64,000 nucleotides of DNA from a virus (IMGVR_UViG_3300014204_000153:21248-85247), one strand, 5' to 3'; shown: positions 29,728 through 39,525, counted from the stretch's first letter. Numbers and translations are program-made. Notes: generated by a model not told the origin, from the letters alone.

Positions 29728-30110
29728 AATTTAGAGATATCATAGAAGATGAAGGTGGAGAAGCTTCTCCAGCTGTTAGTACTATTACTACTGATGATAT
29801 AGCTCAGTTTGGAGATAGAATTGGAGCAAAGAAGAAAAAGAAGCCTCCCATCGCTAAGAAACCTCTTGTCAACTGGAGAAAGAACCATGTAGAAGTAGAA
29901 TCGCTAGTCGCGGAAAGAGATTACAGCGAATTCGACGATCTAAAGTCTGCTTATCCAGCTAAAGATTCTTACTCTATTTTTACTGAAACAGATCCAGCGA
30001 CGAAAGTAAAAAGATACATCATAGAGAAAAACAACAAAATAGTCTTTGGTCCGACCACTGACGAGAAAGCTGCTAGGTCTAAGCTAAACGATCTTAGAAC
30101 AAAAAAATAG
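29724..30110 (+). CDS. MKF-leader protein (putative internal head protein)
   Basis: MKFRDIIED leader. Confidence 0.7.
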   Translation: MKFRDIIEDEGGEASPAVSTITTDDIAQFGDRIGAKKKKKPPIAKKPLVNWRKNHVEVESLVAERDYSEFDDLKSAYPAKDSYSIFTETDPATKVKRYIIEKNNKIVFGPTTDEKAARSKLNDLRTKK

Positions 30111-30156
30111 GATATAATGGAGTAACTAAACATTATTACTTAAAGGAATTATTAAA

Positions 30157-30429
30157 ATGAAATTTAAAAATATTCTTTTAGAAACATCTAAAATTAATGA
30201 TTCAGAGAAGATTATAACTAAAGAAAGACTTAATAGTGGAAATTCTAATGGATTAGTTAGAGAACTGATAAATAAGGCTGAGAACGACGGCTCAAAAAAT
30301 CCATATGCTTCTGCTCTTAGAGCTATTAATGATTATGTCTTGAGAAATAAAGAAAAACTTTCTCCAGAAGAAATGAATGTTCTAATTAGAGCTAGAAGAT
30401 CATTGAGAGCAACAATAGGAAATTATTGA
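30157..30429 (+). CDS. MKF-leader helical protein
   Basis: MKFKNILLE leader. Confidence 0.7.
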   Translation: MKFKNILLETSKINDSEKIITKERLNSGNSNGLVRELINKAENDGSKNPYASALRAINDYVLRNKEKLSPEEMNVLIRARRSLRATIGNY

Positions 30430-30466
30430 TTCTAAGGATAAGTATAAAGAAAAGAAAAGAGAAGCA

Positions 30467-30758
30467 ATGAGAAAACCTCCACTGAACCAAAATTATAAAA
30501 ATATAAAATAGGAGATCTAATATGAAGTTCGTACAGATGATGGAAGATGATAATAGCAGATTCAAAGAACTTACTGACAAAATAGCAGAGCTTAAAGGAG
30601 AAATGAATAGTAATCGTGGATCTGGGGCTGGGGCTGGAGAGCAACATAACCTAATTAAAAGTGATTACATCTATTATAAGAATGAATTAAAAAACCTTAA
30701 AGAAAAAATGAAATTGAAAGCAAAGACTACTAAATGAGAAAACCTCCACTGAACCAAA
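30467..30758 (+). repeat. 25-bp direct repeat (30467-30491, 30734-30758) duplicating the gp4 start
   Basis: ATGAGAAAACCTCCACTGAACCAAA occurs twice, flanking the 30522-30737 gene. Confidence 0.9.
30522..30737 (+). CDS. MKF-leader small coiled-coil protein
   Basis: MKFVQMMED leader. Confidence 0.7.
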   Translation: MKFVQMMEDDNSRFKELTDKIAELKGEMNSNRGSGAGAGEQHNLIKSDYIYYKNELKNLKEKMKLKAKTTK

Positions 30759-31192
30759 GAGGTAGAAGAAATGTAAAAAGAGGTGTATATATACTCATAC
30801 ACCCAGAGAAATACATTGGAGATTGTAACAATGTAATTTATCGTTCAGGATTAGAACTTGCATGTTTTAAATTTCTTGATGCTAATTCAAATGTTAAAAG
30901 ATGGGGAAGCGAAATTGTTCAGATTCCATATTTAGATGCAAGTACTGGAAAGAAAAGAACTTACTTTGTCGATTTATATTTTGAATCAATAACTTTAAAT
31001 GGTTCAACAGATAAAGTCTTGGTAGAAGTAAAACCGTCTAATCAGACAATTCCACCAAGATCAGATATGAAGAATTACAGAGCAGCTGCAGCTGAGTATG
31101 CTAAGAACATCAGCAAGTGGACAAGAGCTAGAGAATGGGCTTCTCAGAACGGTGCAAGATTTGAGATTATAACCGAGAAGGAAATACATTAA
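30734..31192 (+). CDS. gp4: Head completion nuclease gp4 (TnsA-like PD-(D/E)xK)
   Basis: PEKYIGD..NVIYRSGLE, WGSE…IPY, YFVD, VEVKP..QT, F.IITE. Confidence 0.92.
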   Translation: MRKPPLNQRGRRNVKRGVYILIHPEKYIGDCNNVIYRSGLELACFKFLDANSNVKRWGSEIVQIPYLDASTGKKRTYFVDLYFESITLNGSTDKVLVEVKPSNQTIPPRSDMKNYRAAAAEYAKNISKWTRAREWASQNGARFEIITEKEIH

Positions 31193-31701
31193 TGAAATTC
31201 TCAGCAATCCTTGAAGAATCTATGTCTTTAGAATCTTATAGAAAATTCTCTAAAAAATTCTTTGATAAACTTCCAGAAGATATTAGAATATCTATAAGTC
31301 ATTATTCTGGAATGGGTTCTAGAGCTGTTAATATGTTTCTTACTTCTGGAAATGCTGGTAGTGGATGGCCAAAAGATTTATTAAAAAAGATAATAAAAGA
31401 CATAGAATCAATTTCTCAAAATAATGCACTTAAGAATAGTATAGTTGTTTTTAAAGGAGTAAAATACAAACCGAAGGTTGGAGAAAGTTTAAAGACTCCT
31501 GGTTTTATCAGTACATCTGTAAGTAAAGAGATAGCTGAATCTTTTGCTGGATCAGATGGAACAGTTATAATGATAAATCTTCCAATTGGTACAAAAGCAT
31601 TCCCAATTCCAAATTCAGAATTCGAAATGCTTCTATCAAAGCAATATCAAATAAAAATAATTAAATATGATAAAAATATAGCAATTGGAGAATTAAAGTG
31701 A
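31192..31701 (+). CDS. MKF-leader VIP2/exoenzyme-type ADP-ribosyltransferase
   Basis: HYSG…VNMFL, VFKG, PGFISTS…AESFA, EFEMLL. Confidence 0.8.
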   Translation: MKFSAILEESMSLESYRKFSKKFFDKLPEDIRISISHYSGMGSRAVNMFLTSGNAGSGWPKDLLKKIIKDIESISQNNALKNSIVVFKGVKYKPKVGESLKTPGFISTSVSKEIAESFAGSDGTVIMINLPIGTKAFPIPNSEFEMLLSKQYQIKIIKYDKNIAIGELK

Positions 31702-32550
31702 AATTCTCAACAGTACTTAAATCTAATGAAAAGCCTCTTTATTCTGAGACACCAGATAAAATAGTTAATCATTTTTTAAAATCTTCTAAAAATGATAAAG
31801 ATATTGCTTTAAAAAAATTCATATTTTGGTCTAATGGTCTTAAAAAGAAACTTAACTATCAAAATAATAAAATATATGTATATAATGTAGAGACTGCTAA
31901 AAAGATATTATCTAAAAAAGATGAAGAGCATGAAAATTCTAAAATAGATTCTATGATAAATAATTTTAATTTTTCTGAACGAACTAAAAATAGTGTAAAA
32001 TTAGCATTGGAAACTGGATTTAATTCTTTCTCAAAAACAAAGCTTAGTGATGAAGAACAGTCATTTATAGATTCGCATGTTTCTGGAGATCCTAAAACAG
32101 AAAAAATAAAACCAAAATTACTTAATAATGTTAAACATCCAGTTTCTGTATATAGAGCATATAATGATTCTGATATAAAAAAAGATACATTCATTTCTTT
32201 TACTTTAAGAAAAGACTGGGCAGAAAATACAGCAAATGATAATGATCTTAAAGTAATGAAGTTAAATCTTATAGTCGGAGATAAAGTTTTATTTGTTCCA
32301 TTCTATAATAACAAACATATAGTAGAAGTAGAAGTACTTATTCCAAGTAACTTAGTTAAAGAAAGAAATTAATAAAATATAGCAATTGGGGAATTAAAAT
32401 GAATAAATTCTCAGCAGTACTTAAATCTAATGAAAAGCTCCTTTATTCTGAGACACCGGATAAAATAGCTAATCATTTTCTAAAATCTTCCGAAAATGAT
32501 AAAACTGCTGCTTTAAAGAAATTTATATTTTGGTCTAATGGTCTTAAAAA
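31673..32550 (+). repeat. ~170-bp imperfect direct repeat (about 31673-31845 and 32375-32550)
   Basis: Covers the upstream gene end/RBS and the first ~50 codons of two consecutive genes. Confidence 0.85.
31698..32372 (+). CDS. MKF-leader protein, shared N-module + divergent ART-like C-domain
   Basis: VYRA, FISFT…WAE, EVEVLI resemble the R-S-E ART core. Confidence 0.55.
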   Translation: MKFSTVLKSNEKPLYSETPDKIVNHFLKSSKNDKDIALKKFIFWSNGLKKKLNYQNNKIYVYNVETAKKILSKKDEEHENSKIDSMINNFNFSERTKNSVKLALETGFNSFSKTKLSDEEQSFIDSHVSGDPKTEKIKPKLLNNVKHPVSVYRAYNDSDIKKDTFISFTLRKDWAENTANDNDLKVMKLNLIVGDKVLFVPFYNNKHIVEVEVLIPSNLVKERN

Positions 32551-33097
32551 ATTAAACATTACAAAATATGATTTTAATATAGAAACAGCAAAAAAAATAT
32601 TATCATCTAATAATAATGATAAACCGTGGAATGAAATACAAAAATATAATGGGATGGATGTAGATAAAGAAATGAATCAAAATATAATGGATAGACTTAA
32701 TTCTAAAACTCATATAATTAGTGTTTGTAGTGGACATCCTAAAGATTCTAAATTAGCAATTGATGCAGGTGCATCAGAATATCCTCATTTTATATTTAGT
32801 GTTTATAATCCAAGGGATTTTGAAAAAACAGTAGAATATATTAAATCTAAATTAAAATCAAAAGATACAAAAATTAATGCTCATGCATGGGGAGGACCAT
32901 ATGGAAATTGGGTTGTTTGGAATGATAAAGAAGGTTGGAGAAATCATAAATTTCCAGAAGATCCTCAAAAATATAAAATAGACCATATTTCAATTACTGT
33001 TGAATCAACTATAGCACATAATGGAAAAAATCAAAAAATGTTAAATAATTGGTGGGAATTAATTACAAATAAACTAGAAGAATTGGATAACATATGA
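32399..33097 (+). CDS. MKF-leader protein, shared N-module + CSGH-motif C-domain
   Basis: N-terminal ~50 aa nearly identical to the previous gene; ISVCSGHP motif. Confidence 0.65.
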   Translation: MNKFSAVLKSNEKLLYSETPDKIANHFLKSSENDKTAALKKFIFWSNGLKKLNITKYDFNIETAKKILSSNNNDKPWNEIQKYNGMDVDKEMNQNIMDRLNSKTHIISVCSGHPKDSKLAIDAGASEYPHFIFSVYNPRDFEKTVEYIKSKLKSKDTKINAHAWGGPYGNWVVWNDKEGWRNHKFPEDPQKYKIDHISITVESTIAHNGKNQKMLNNWWELITNKLEELDNI

Positions 33098-33519
33098 CAT
33101 CAAAATTTTCAGCAATATTAGAAGATTTCGAAGCCAATGAAGATGGAGCTAAAAAGAAACTTGAGGCTCTTGAAAGATTATTGGTAAGAGTTGGAGCTAA
33201 ACCAGGTGCTCAAAGAGTTCAGGCTCTAAATAATGAAAAGACAGAATTTAAGACTCTGCTTTTCTTTAGAATGAATAATTCTAAAGGTGAACCTGTTGAA
33301 CTAATGGCTGGTCATATAGATGGACAAAATAGAGCAAATAATTATTCTGTTCATAGAAAAGATGGAACAACAAGAGCAGACAAGAACACATATATCGATG
33401 TCGTAAGAGATTCTCCAAAAGATGTTAAAGAAAAACTTCAAGAATTAGTTAATAAGATGGCAAATATAAATGCTGGATTCAGAGAGAAACTTAATTCTCG
33501 TGGATGGAATAAAGAGTGA
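33094..33519 (+). CDS. MKF-like leader protein
   Basis: MTSKFSAILED leader. Confidence 0.7.
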   Translation: MTSKFSAILEDFEANEDGAKKKLEALERLLVRVGAKPGAQRVQALNNEKTEFKTLLFFRMNNSKGEPVELMAGHIDGQNRANNYSVHRKDGTTRADKNTYIDVVRDSPKDVKEKLQELVNKMANINAGFREKLNSRGWNKE

Positions 33520-33755
33520 AATTTAAAGATACGATAAAAGGAATTAGAGATATACCACTTAAAAATGGTGGTTCTAGACTTGTACCAAGAAAAAATGGTA
33601 AATTTTCTGTAGCTAATGCTGGATGTAAAATATGCAATAGTTGCGGACAAATAATATGCAAAGATACAAAGAATGTTGGTTCAGAACAATTTCCTTTCTT
33701 AAAAGAAACTTGGCCAGATAAATGTCCGTCTTGTGGAAATAAGGAATTTAAATGA
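33516..33755 (+). CDS. MKF-leader Zn-ribbon protein
   Basis: MKFKDTIK; CKICNSC … CPSCG. Confidence 0.7.
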   Translation: MKFKDTIKGIRDIPLKNGGSRLVPRKNGKFSVANAGCKICNSCGQIICKDTKNVGSEQFPFLKETWPDKCPSCGNKEFK

Positions 33756-34948
33756 TATTATCACAAAAACCAGAGAATCCATTTCAGATATCTAAAATTG
33801 AAGTAGATGGTTTAGATTTATCTAAACATTTCGCTTCTTTAGTTATAGAAGAGTCTATTTTAAGATCTTTTCCTTATGGAACTCTTACTTTATCTAGAGA
33901 ATTCTTAGATTATATGTCAGACTGGGATGAAGTAGAAATTGGATTCGTTGGTAAAATTGTAAGTATTTCTTGGACTACAGATCTTGATAATGGTAAAAAT
34001 AAAAGGAATGCTGACTTTTTAGTTTATGGATGTAATAAAGATACTAAAGATACCATATCTCTTCTTTTATGTTCTAAAGAAGCTCCAGAATTTTATACCA
34101 AACAGTTTTGTGATTACTGGGAAGATACAGAAACCAGCAACATTATTTCAGATATTCTTAAGAAACATTCAGGAATAAAGAAATCAAATGTAACTCCAGC
34201 TACATCAAAGGTTACATATTCAAATCCACTCCAGTGGACTCCAGCAGCTGCATGTAAATATATCGTTCCAATGATGGATGGAAGTGATGGTTGTGCATAT
34301 TTCTTATTTTCTTCTATTGGTGAATCTGGAATAGAAACAAAATGTATGCCATTCAATAAAATGACTAAGGATGATTCTGATGAAAAAATAACTTTACTTT
34401 CTAAAATACCAGATGATAAAAGAGAAGTTAAAACTAATCTAAGTACTGCATTATATTTTGACTTTAATCCAGCATCTAATAATATACTTCAGCAACTATC
34501 TGATAATGAATTTGGATTATCTGTAATAGAATATGATGTAAAGACAGCTACACAAAAGAATTCTAATATAAATATGTTAGAGAAGAATGTATCAAAGATT
34601 GGTTCTAAAAGTGGATTAACTGAATTATATGATTCCTCTTTTAGAAGTTCTTTTAGGTTTTCTGGATTAAATGCTCAAACTTCAGAGAAGAGTAAATCAG
34701 TTCATTATTTTGTTTCAAATAGTAATATTAGACTTACTCTTCCTGGTGTTAGTTCTAGAAAAATTGGAGTTACTATAGATGTAGATCTTTACTCTGAAAA
34801 GAATCTTATAACGGATCCAAGAAGTGAGAGATCTGGAAAGTCGGTTGTAACTATTATTAAACATCATTTTACACCATTATCATATTTTCAAATTGTATCT
34901 TGCGTGAAAACTGGATTAAACAAATGGAGAAAGAGAGAATCAATATGA
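33752..34948 (+). CDS. Baseplate hub protein (gp27/late-control D-like)
   Basis: I.ESI…GTLTL…, LPG…KIG..IDV, VT.IKHHFT pattern; about 400 aa. Confidence 0.65.
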   Translation: MILSQKPENPFQISKIEVDGLDLSKHFASLVIEESILRSFPYGTLTLSREFLDYMSDWDEVEIGFVGKIVSISWTTDLDNGKNKRNADFLVYGCNKDTKDTISLLLCSKEAPEFYTKQFCDYWEDTETSNIISDILKKHSGIKKSNVTPATSKVTYSNPLQWTPAAACKYIVPMMDGSDGCAYFLFSSIGESGIETKCMPFNKMTKDDSDEKITLLSKIPDDKREVKTNLSTALYFDFNPASNNILQQLSDNEFGLSVIEYDVKTATQKNSNINMLEKNVSKIGSKSGLTELYDSSFRSSFRFSGLNAQTSEKSKSVHYFVSNSNIRLTLPGVSSRKIGVTIDVDLYSEKNLITDPRSERSGKSVVTIIKHHFTPLSYFQIVSCVKTGLNKWRKRESI

Positions 34949-35112
34949 GCAATAAAGAAGACGGAAAAGAACTTCACAGAGCGGCTCTTAATTGCGCAGC
35001 TAAAAGAGATTATGCTGGTTTCAAGAAGAATATCAATGACATAATGGAGAATAAGTTTGACGCTAAAACTACATCAATTGCGCCGACTTTTTTCACTAAA
35101 ATCGAGGAATAA
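34927..35112 (+). CDS. Small prohead core protein (gp67-like)
   Basis: Position before gp21; helical 61 aa. Confidence 0.45.
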   Translation, partial: EKERINMSNKEDGKELHRAALNCAAKRDYAGFKKNINDIMENKFDAKTTSIAPTFFTKIEE

Positions 35113-35780
35113 TGACTGAAAGAGACACTGCTCTATTCGAGTCATTCGGTGAAACGGTTGTAGAAGAAGTATGTAATGAAGGTGAAGAAAAGAATTATTA
35201 TCTTTCTGGATTGTACACCGAATGCGACGTAAAAAATGGTAACGGAAGAACTTATCCTACCTCTATTGTTGAGAGGGAAATAAATGGAAAGATACTTCCA
35301 AAGGTTAAAGCTGGTACAGCTTTTGGTGAATTCGGCCATCCTAAGACTTTAGCTGAAATGCCAAGCATAGATCCATCAAGAATTGCTCACCGTATAGTAG
35401 AAATACAGAAAGAAGGGAATAATATTTTCAGAGGTAAATCTGTACTTGTTCCTGAAGGTCTTGGTAAAGTAGCTATTGCAATGGTTAAAACTGGCGGTGT
35501 TTTATCTGTTTCATCTAGAGGTGTTGGTAGAGTTAATAAGCAGACTGGAGTTGTAGAGAGCAGCTACAATATGTTTACGTATGATGTAGTGCTAAATCCA
35601 GGAATGAAGAAAGCAAACCAAACAGCTGTCATGGAGAATCAAGAATTCTTCGTAAATCAGATTGGAGTGTTTACTGAGGAGGAGTGGTACAAAATTGAAA
35701 AAGATAGATCAAAAATGTTAGATGCTACATTCTTTAGAGCTGACCTTCTTAGTGGGTTAGCTGAAATAGCAAGGAGTTAG
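35112..35780 (+). CDS. gp21: Prohead core protease
   Basis: KNGNGRTYP, GEFGHP, IAHRI, VSSRGVG, TYDVVLNP. Confidence 0.95.
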   Translation: MTERDTALFESFGETVVEEVCNEGEEKNYYLSGLYTECDVKNGNGRTYPTSIVEREINGKILPKVKAGTAFGEFGHPKTLAEMPSIDPSRIAHRIVEIQKEGNNIFRGKSVLVPEGLGKVAIAMVKTGGVLSVSSRGVGRVNKQTGVVESSYNMFTYDVVLNPGMKKANQTAVMENQEFFVNQIGVFTEEEWYKIEKDRSKMLDATFFRADLLSGLAEIARS

Positions 35781-35795
35781 AGAAAAAAATTAAAT

Positions 35796-35803
35796 TATAA
35801 ATA
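35796..35803 (+). promoter_or_regulatory. Late promoter TATAAATA
   Basis: Exact motif upstream of the scaffold and capsid genes. Confidence 0.75.
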
Positions 35804-35858
35804 GAATTGAATAATAGAAGTAAGATAACAAAAAGAACCAGAAAGGAAGGTTTAACAG

Positions 35859-36668
35859 ATGTCTAATAAAATAAAGACACTGTTCGATGAACTCAGAAGT
35901 AAGTACCCTGAAGTTATCTCAGAAGAGTTCGCATCGAAAGTTGTCGCAGTTGTAGAAGAAATCGTAGAATCAGAGAAGCAGAAAGCTATTGATGAGATTA
36001 GAGAAACTGAATCTGAAAAGATTCGTGAAGAAATCTCAGAGGAAGTAAAGGATCAGTCTGAAAGTGAGATCGAGAAATTAGTTAATACTCTTGATGTATT
36101 CTGTGAAAATGCTGTCAATGAATTTTGTGATAGCAAAGCAGAACTTCTAGAGGAAGCTACTAAATCTACGATTAGCTCAGTTCTTGCTGAGAAGATGAAA
36201 GAAGTCTTTGAGACTTATGGTATTGTTACCGAGGAATCAGCTGAAGTTAAAGCTGATCTTGAAAAGCAAGTTGAAGAACTCAACGAAACTATCGGTAACA
36301 TGGCTGATACTATTTCTGAACTCAGCGAAGAAAAGAAAAAGTCAGATGCTATCTCAGTCGTCGATGAATTCTGCAGTGAAATGAATATGACTGACACTGT
36401 CAAGTTCTATAAGCTGATTGAAGATTATGATATCGATGATGTTGATAGTTTCAGGGAAAAAGTTGAGTCTCTCGCTTCTGTCTTTGAACAAGGTAAAGAA
36501 TCTGATGAAGACGAAGACGAGGATGAGGACGAAGATCCTGAAGATGGTGGTGGTAGGAAAGTTGAAAAGAAAAATATTAAAGATTCAGATGAAAAAGAAG
36601 ATAAGTGCGAGTCTGATGACGAAGACGCTTCCTTCATCTCGAGAGTTAGAAAGAATCTTAAAAAATAA
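35859..36668 (+). CDS. gp22: Prohead core scaffold
   Basis: Acidic helical protein between gp21 and gp23. Confidence 0.85.
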   Translation: MSNKIKTLFDELRSKYPEVISEEFASKVVAVVEEIVESEKQKAIDEIRETESEKIREEISEEVKDQSESEIEKLVNTLDVFCENAVNEFCDSKAELLEEATKSTISSVLAEKMKEVFETYGIVTEESAEVKADLEKQVEELNETIGNMADTISELSEEKKKSDAISVVDEFCSEMNMTDTVKFYKLIEDYDIDDVDSFREKVESLASVFEQGKESDEDEDEDEDEDPEDGGGRKVEKKNIKDSDEKEDKCESDDEDASFISRVRKNLKK

Positions 36669-36729
36669 AATAATGTAAGTTGAAGTTAAAATAGTTATTA
36701 ACACATAAACAAAGAGGGAAGCCAGAGAA

Positions 36730-38247
36730 ATGGCAGATAAAAGGAAAGACATCGTTAAGGCTTATATCAAAGCGGTAGAAGCCGAAGACAACACCGCTTT
36801 TGCTAATTCAAGAGTTAAGCATATAACTGAAGTTGTTCTTGAAAACCAGATAGATCATTACATCGAGACTTCTGGTAAGACTTTTGATTATATCGCTAAT
36901 CAGATCCTTGGTGAAGACGGCACCCTGAATGAGACCGCGGCTGGTTCCTCATTCGCGGATGCTGACGTTGCTAAGTTCGCCGAGATCTATCTTCCGATCG
37001 CAGCTAAGGTTATTCCTTCACTAGTTATTAACAACATGGTTGGTGTTCAGCCTATGACGCAGCCCAACGGGTTCGTGTATGCTATGCGCGCGTTCCATGC
37101 TAAATCTCCGTATGCTGAATCAACTGATATGCGTGGCATGCGGTACACCAATACACAGATTCTAAACTTTGCGACGGCAACCTCCCTCGCGGTTGGATCT
37201 GGTAATTGTTGGTTCATCGCTTCAAGCGGTGCTAAAGGTTACTGCGTTCACAAAGAAGGTACCCTCGCTCTAGTTAAGATCTCAGATGAAGATACTCCGT
37301 TCGCTGCTGGTGACACTGCTACTATTGGCAGTTCATCTTCGGTTACTTATTCTACTGCTGATCTTACTGTGCTTTCAATCTATAATAACGAAATTGCTCA
37401 GGCTGCCGGTCTGTTCAAGTACTTCTCAGGTTATACCAACAGTGGTTCAGCTGAAGGTTCCGCCGCGTTTAGTACTGATCAGGGTCAGTATCCTCAGAAT
37501 GTTAGTGAAGTGCAGATCAGAGTTGAGAGAGAAGCTGTTGAAGCTAAGACCCGCCAGCTGTATGCTGAGTATCCGATCGAAGCCGAACAGGATCTTCGCG
37601 CGATTCACAAACGTGACCTAAGAGCTGAACTCTCTGAGATCACTGCTGGCGAAATCGTTAATGAAATCAACTCCGAGTTCATCGCCAATATCAAGACTGC
37701 TGCTCAGATCGGTGGGTCAACGACCTTCGATATGGAATCAGCTGACGGACGTTGGGAAATTGAAAAATTCCGTTCACTGTGGGTCAGAGTTACACGTGGA
37801 GCTAATCAAATCGCTCAGGCAACTCGCTTAGGACCTGGTAACTTCATCGTTGCTAGCCCTGATGTTTGCACTGCTCTTAGTCAGCTCGACGGCTTTGCTG
37901 CTGCTCCTCCTAAGGGTGCTTTCGGTGGCATGAGTCCTATCGGTGGTGACTGGTATGTTGGTAAGATCGGTGGAACGATGGATGTTTACCGTGATATGTT
38001 CGCTACTACGGATTATATCTCTGTCGGTCGTAAGGGTTCCAATGAGTGGGATGCGGGCTTATTCTTCCTTCCGTACATTCCGCTACAGTTCATCGCAGGA
38101 CAAACACCAGATAATTTACAGCCAAAACTCAAGTTCCTAACCAGGTATGGCAAGGTTGCTAACGTCTTGCGCGCCTCTTCCAGCCAGGTTGCGGATAGCC
38201 GCTATTACCGGTATATTGCAGTTCAGAATCTGTTCGCGAGTTACTGA
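36730..38247 (+). CDS. gp23: Major capsid protein
   Basis: VLENQ, VGVQPMTQPNGFVYAMR, VEAKTRQLYAEY.IE.EQDLRAIH, GNFIVAS, FLPYIPL, F.TRYG. Confidence 0.97.
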   Translation: MADKRKDIVKAYIKAVEAEDNTAFANSRVKHITEVVLENQIDHYIETSGKTFDYIANQILGEDGTLNETAAGSSFADADVAKFAEIYLPIAAKVIPSLVINNMVGVQPMTQPNGFVYAMRAFHAKSPYAESTDMRGMRYTNTQILNFATATSLAVGSGNCWFIASSGAKGYCVHKEGTLALVKISDEDTPFAAGDTATIGSSSSVTYSTADLTVLSIYNNEIAQAAGLFKYFSGYTNSGSAEGSAAFSTDQGQYPQNVSEVQIRVEREAVEAKTRQLYAEYPIEAEQDLRAIHKRDLRAELSEITAGEIVNEINSEFIANIKTAAQIGGSTTFDMESADGRWEIEKFRSLWVRVTRGANQIAQATRLGPGNFIVASPDVCTALSQLDGFAAAPPKGAFGGMSPIGGDWYVGKIGGTMDVYRDMFATTDYISVGRKGSNEWDAGLFFLPYIPLQFIAGQTPDNLQPKLKFLTRYGKVANVLRASSSQVADSRYYRYIAVQNLFASY

Positions 38248-38275
38248 GCGTAGTAATTCATCTCAGATATCAACA

Positions 38276-38307
38276 AGAAATGGAACCTTTTAAAAGGTTC
38301 CATTTCT
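38276..38307. terminator. Bidirectional terminator after gp23
   Basis: AGAAATGGAACCTTTT/AAAAGGTTCCATTTCT. Confidence 0.85.
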
Positions 38308-38842
38308 AGTTTAGCAGATATCTTATACTGGGAGGAATAACAAGATCAATATCTTTAAGTTCTAGAACCTTGTTCTTCAAAGAATTTATAATCAATTCTT
38401 TACAATATTGGAATGTAGAAAGATCTTCTAAAAACCTTTCTACGCCAAGTTCACAGAAGTCAGCTGGAAGCATAGCTTTTTTATCTATAAATCCATCATC
38501 ATAAACTCTTTCTACATGTATTTTCTTTCTTCCTACTCTATTGTCGAACACATAATTCCATAGATTGTCTGATGATTGAACAAAGTAAGGAATATGAACT
38601 GTTCTGTATCCAAGATCTTCAAGTATCTTATCTTTCTTTTTGTCTCTTTTTATCTGAGATGATACAGAATAGTGCCTAAATCCGTCGAACTCTATAGCTA
38701 ATCCAAGATATTCGGATAAAAGATCTGGTTTAAACAAACAATTCGATACTCCAGGAATTCTTCTGTTAACTGAAAATTGATTAGGAAACCATTCAGTAAC
38801 AAGTTCAATTACTCTTTTTTCTGTAAGATACATACATAACAT
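38306..38842 (-). CDS. PD-(D/E)xK (Vsr/DUF559-like) endonuclease
   Basis: FKPDLL…LAIEFDG.RHY…RDKKKD.IL..LGY. Confidence 0.75.
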   Translation of the reverse strand: MLCMYLTEKRVIELVTEWFPNQFSVNRRIPGVSNCLFKPDLLSEYLGLAIEFDGFRHYSVSSQIKRDKKKDKILEDLGYRTVHIPYFVQSSDNLWNYVFDNRVGRKKIHVERVYDDGFIDKKAMLPADFCELGVERFLEDLSTFQYCKELIINSLKNKVLELKDIDLVIPPSIRYLLN

Positions 38843-38853
38843 CCTTTCATTGT

Positions 38854-39453
38854 TTACCTCTTTGCTCTAGCTATTATCCATTTCTCAGCAGCTGCGATGA
38901 TTTTAGGATGTGCGTAAGTCAATACATCTTTCCATGTTTGAGTTATAATCGGAGTAAGTCCAATATCTTCTGTCAAAAACTTATATCTGCATGGTCTTCC
39001 CGTTTTTAATAGATCTGGATTTGTAATGAATAATTTAACTGCTTCAGCAAGCATCTCAGATGCAGTAGGTTCATATGAAGATAAACATGATTCAAATTGA
39101 GTAGAATATACTAAAGATCTCATATCAGGTCTGAAACAATGTTGCACATGGTGACCACATTCATGAGCTGCAACACCAACTGGAGTCATATCAGCTTTAT
39201 AACCAGGAAATGACCAACTAAAACCAGGATTCTTCACTGCTGGTACGCAGCTTTTAGAGATAACGATAGTCGCTGGCTTTTCTTTCTTTGGAGGAAAGTA
39301 TTCTCCTTTATATCCTCCACAGTTTACTCCAGTTTTGATAATTGGAATAGAAAGTTTTGGATTATCCTCAATGAACTCCATCACAAGATCGACCCCGATT
39401 GTAACTAAGTCGCTTTTCTTGTGGACTTCTGGGTTTACTCTCAATATTGTCAT
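38854..39453 (-). CDS. Zincin-like metallopeptidase-motif protein
   Basis: AAHECGHHVQH (HExxH) and a downstream EMLAEA. Confidence 0.6.
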   Translation of the reverse strand: MTILRVNPEVHKKSDLVTIGVDLVMEFIEDNPKLSIPIIKTGVNCGGYKGEYFPPKKEKPATIVISKSCVPAVKNPGFSWSFPGYKADMTPVGVAAHECGHHVQHCFRPDMRSLVYSTQFESCLSSYEPTASEMLAEAVKLFITNPDLLKTGRPCRYKFLTEDIGLTPIITQTWKDVLTYAHPKIIAAAEKWIIARAKR

Positions 39454-39487
39454 TCATTCTCCTCTGTTTGAATTTTTAATATTTAAA

Positions 39488-39525
39488 AATATAACAACTG
39501 GAGAGCAAAATGTCAACTACTTTTT
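39488..39525 (-). promoter_or_regulatory. Early promoter, copy 9
   Basis: TGTCAA 39511-39516 and AATATA 39488-39493 on the + strand. Confidence 0.85.

Noticed and set aside
31673-32550. Repeat pairs (this one and 5271/39532) as DGR template/variable regions
   Set aside because: Mismatches are mixed transitions and indels, not adenine-specific, and there is no reverse transcriptase in the window.
36500-36545. GAAGAC/GAGGAT short tandem repeat
   Set aside because: It simply encodes the acidic DEDEDE tract of the gp22 scaffold.
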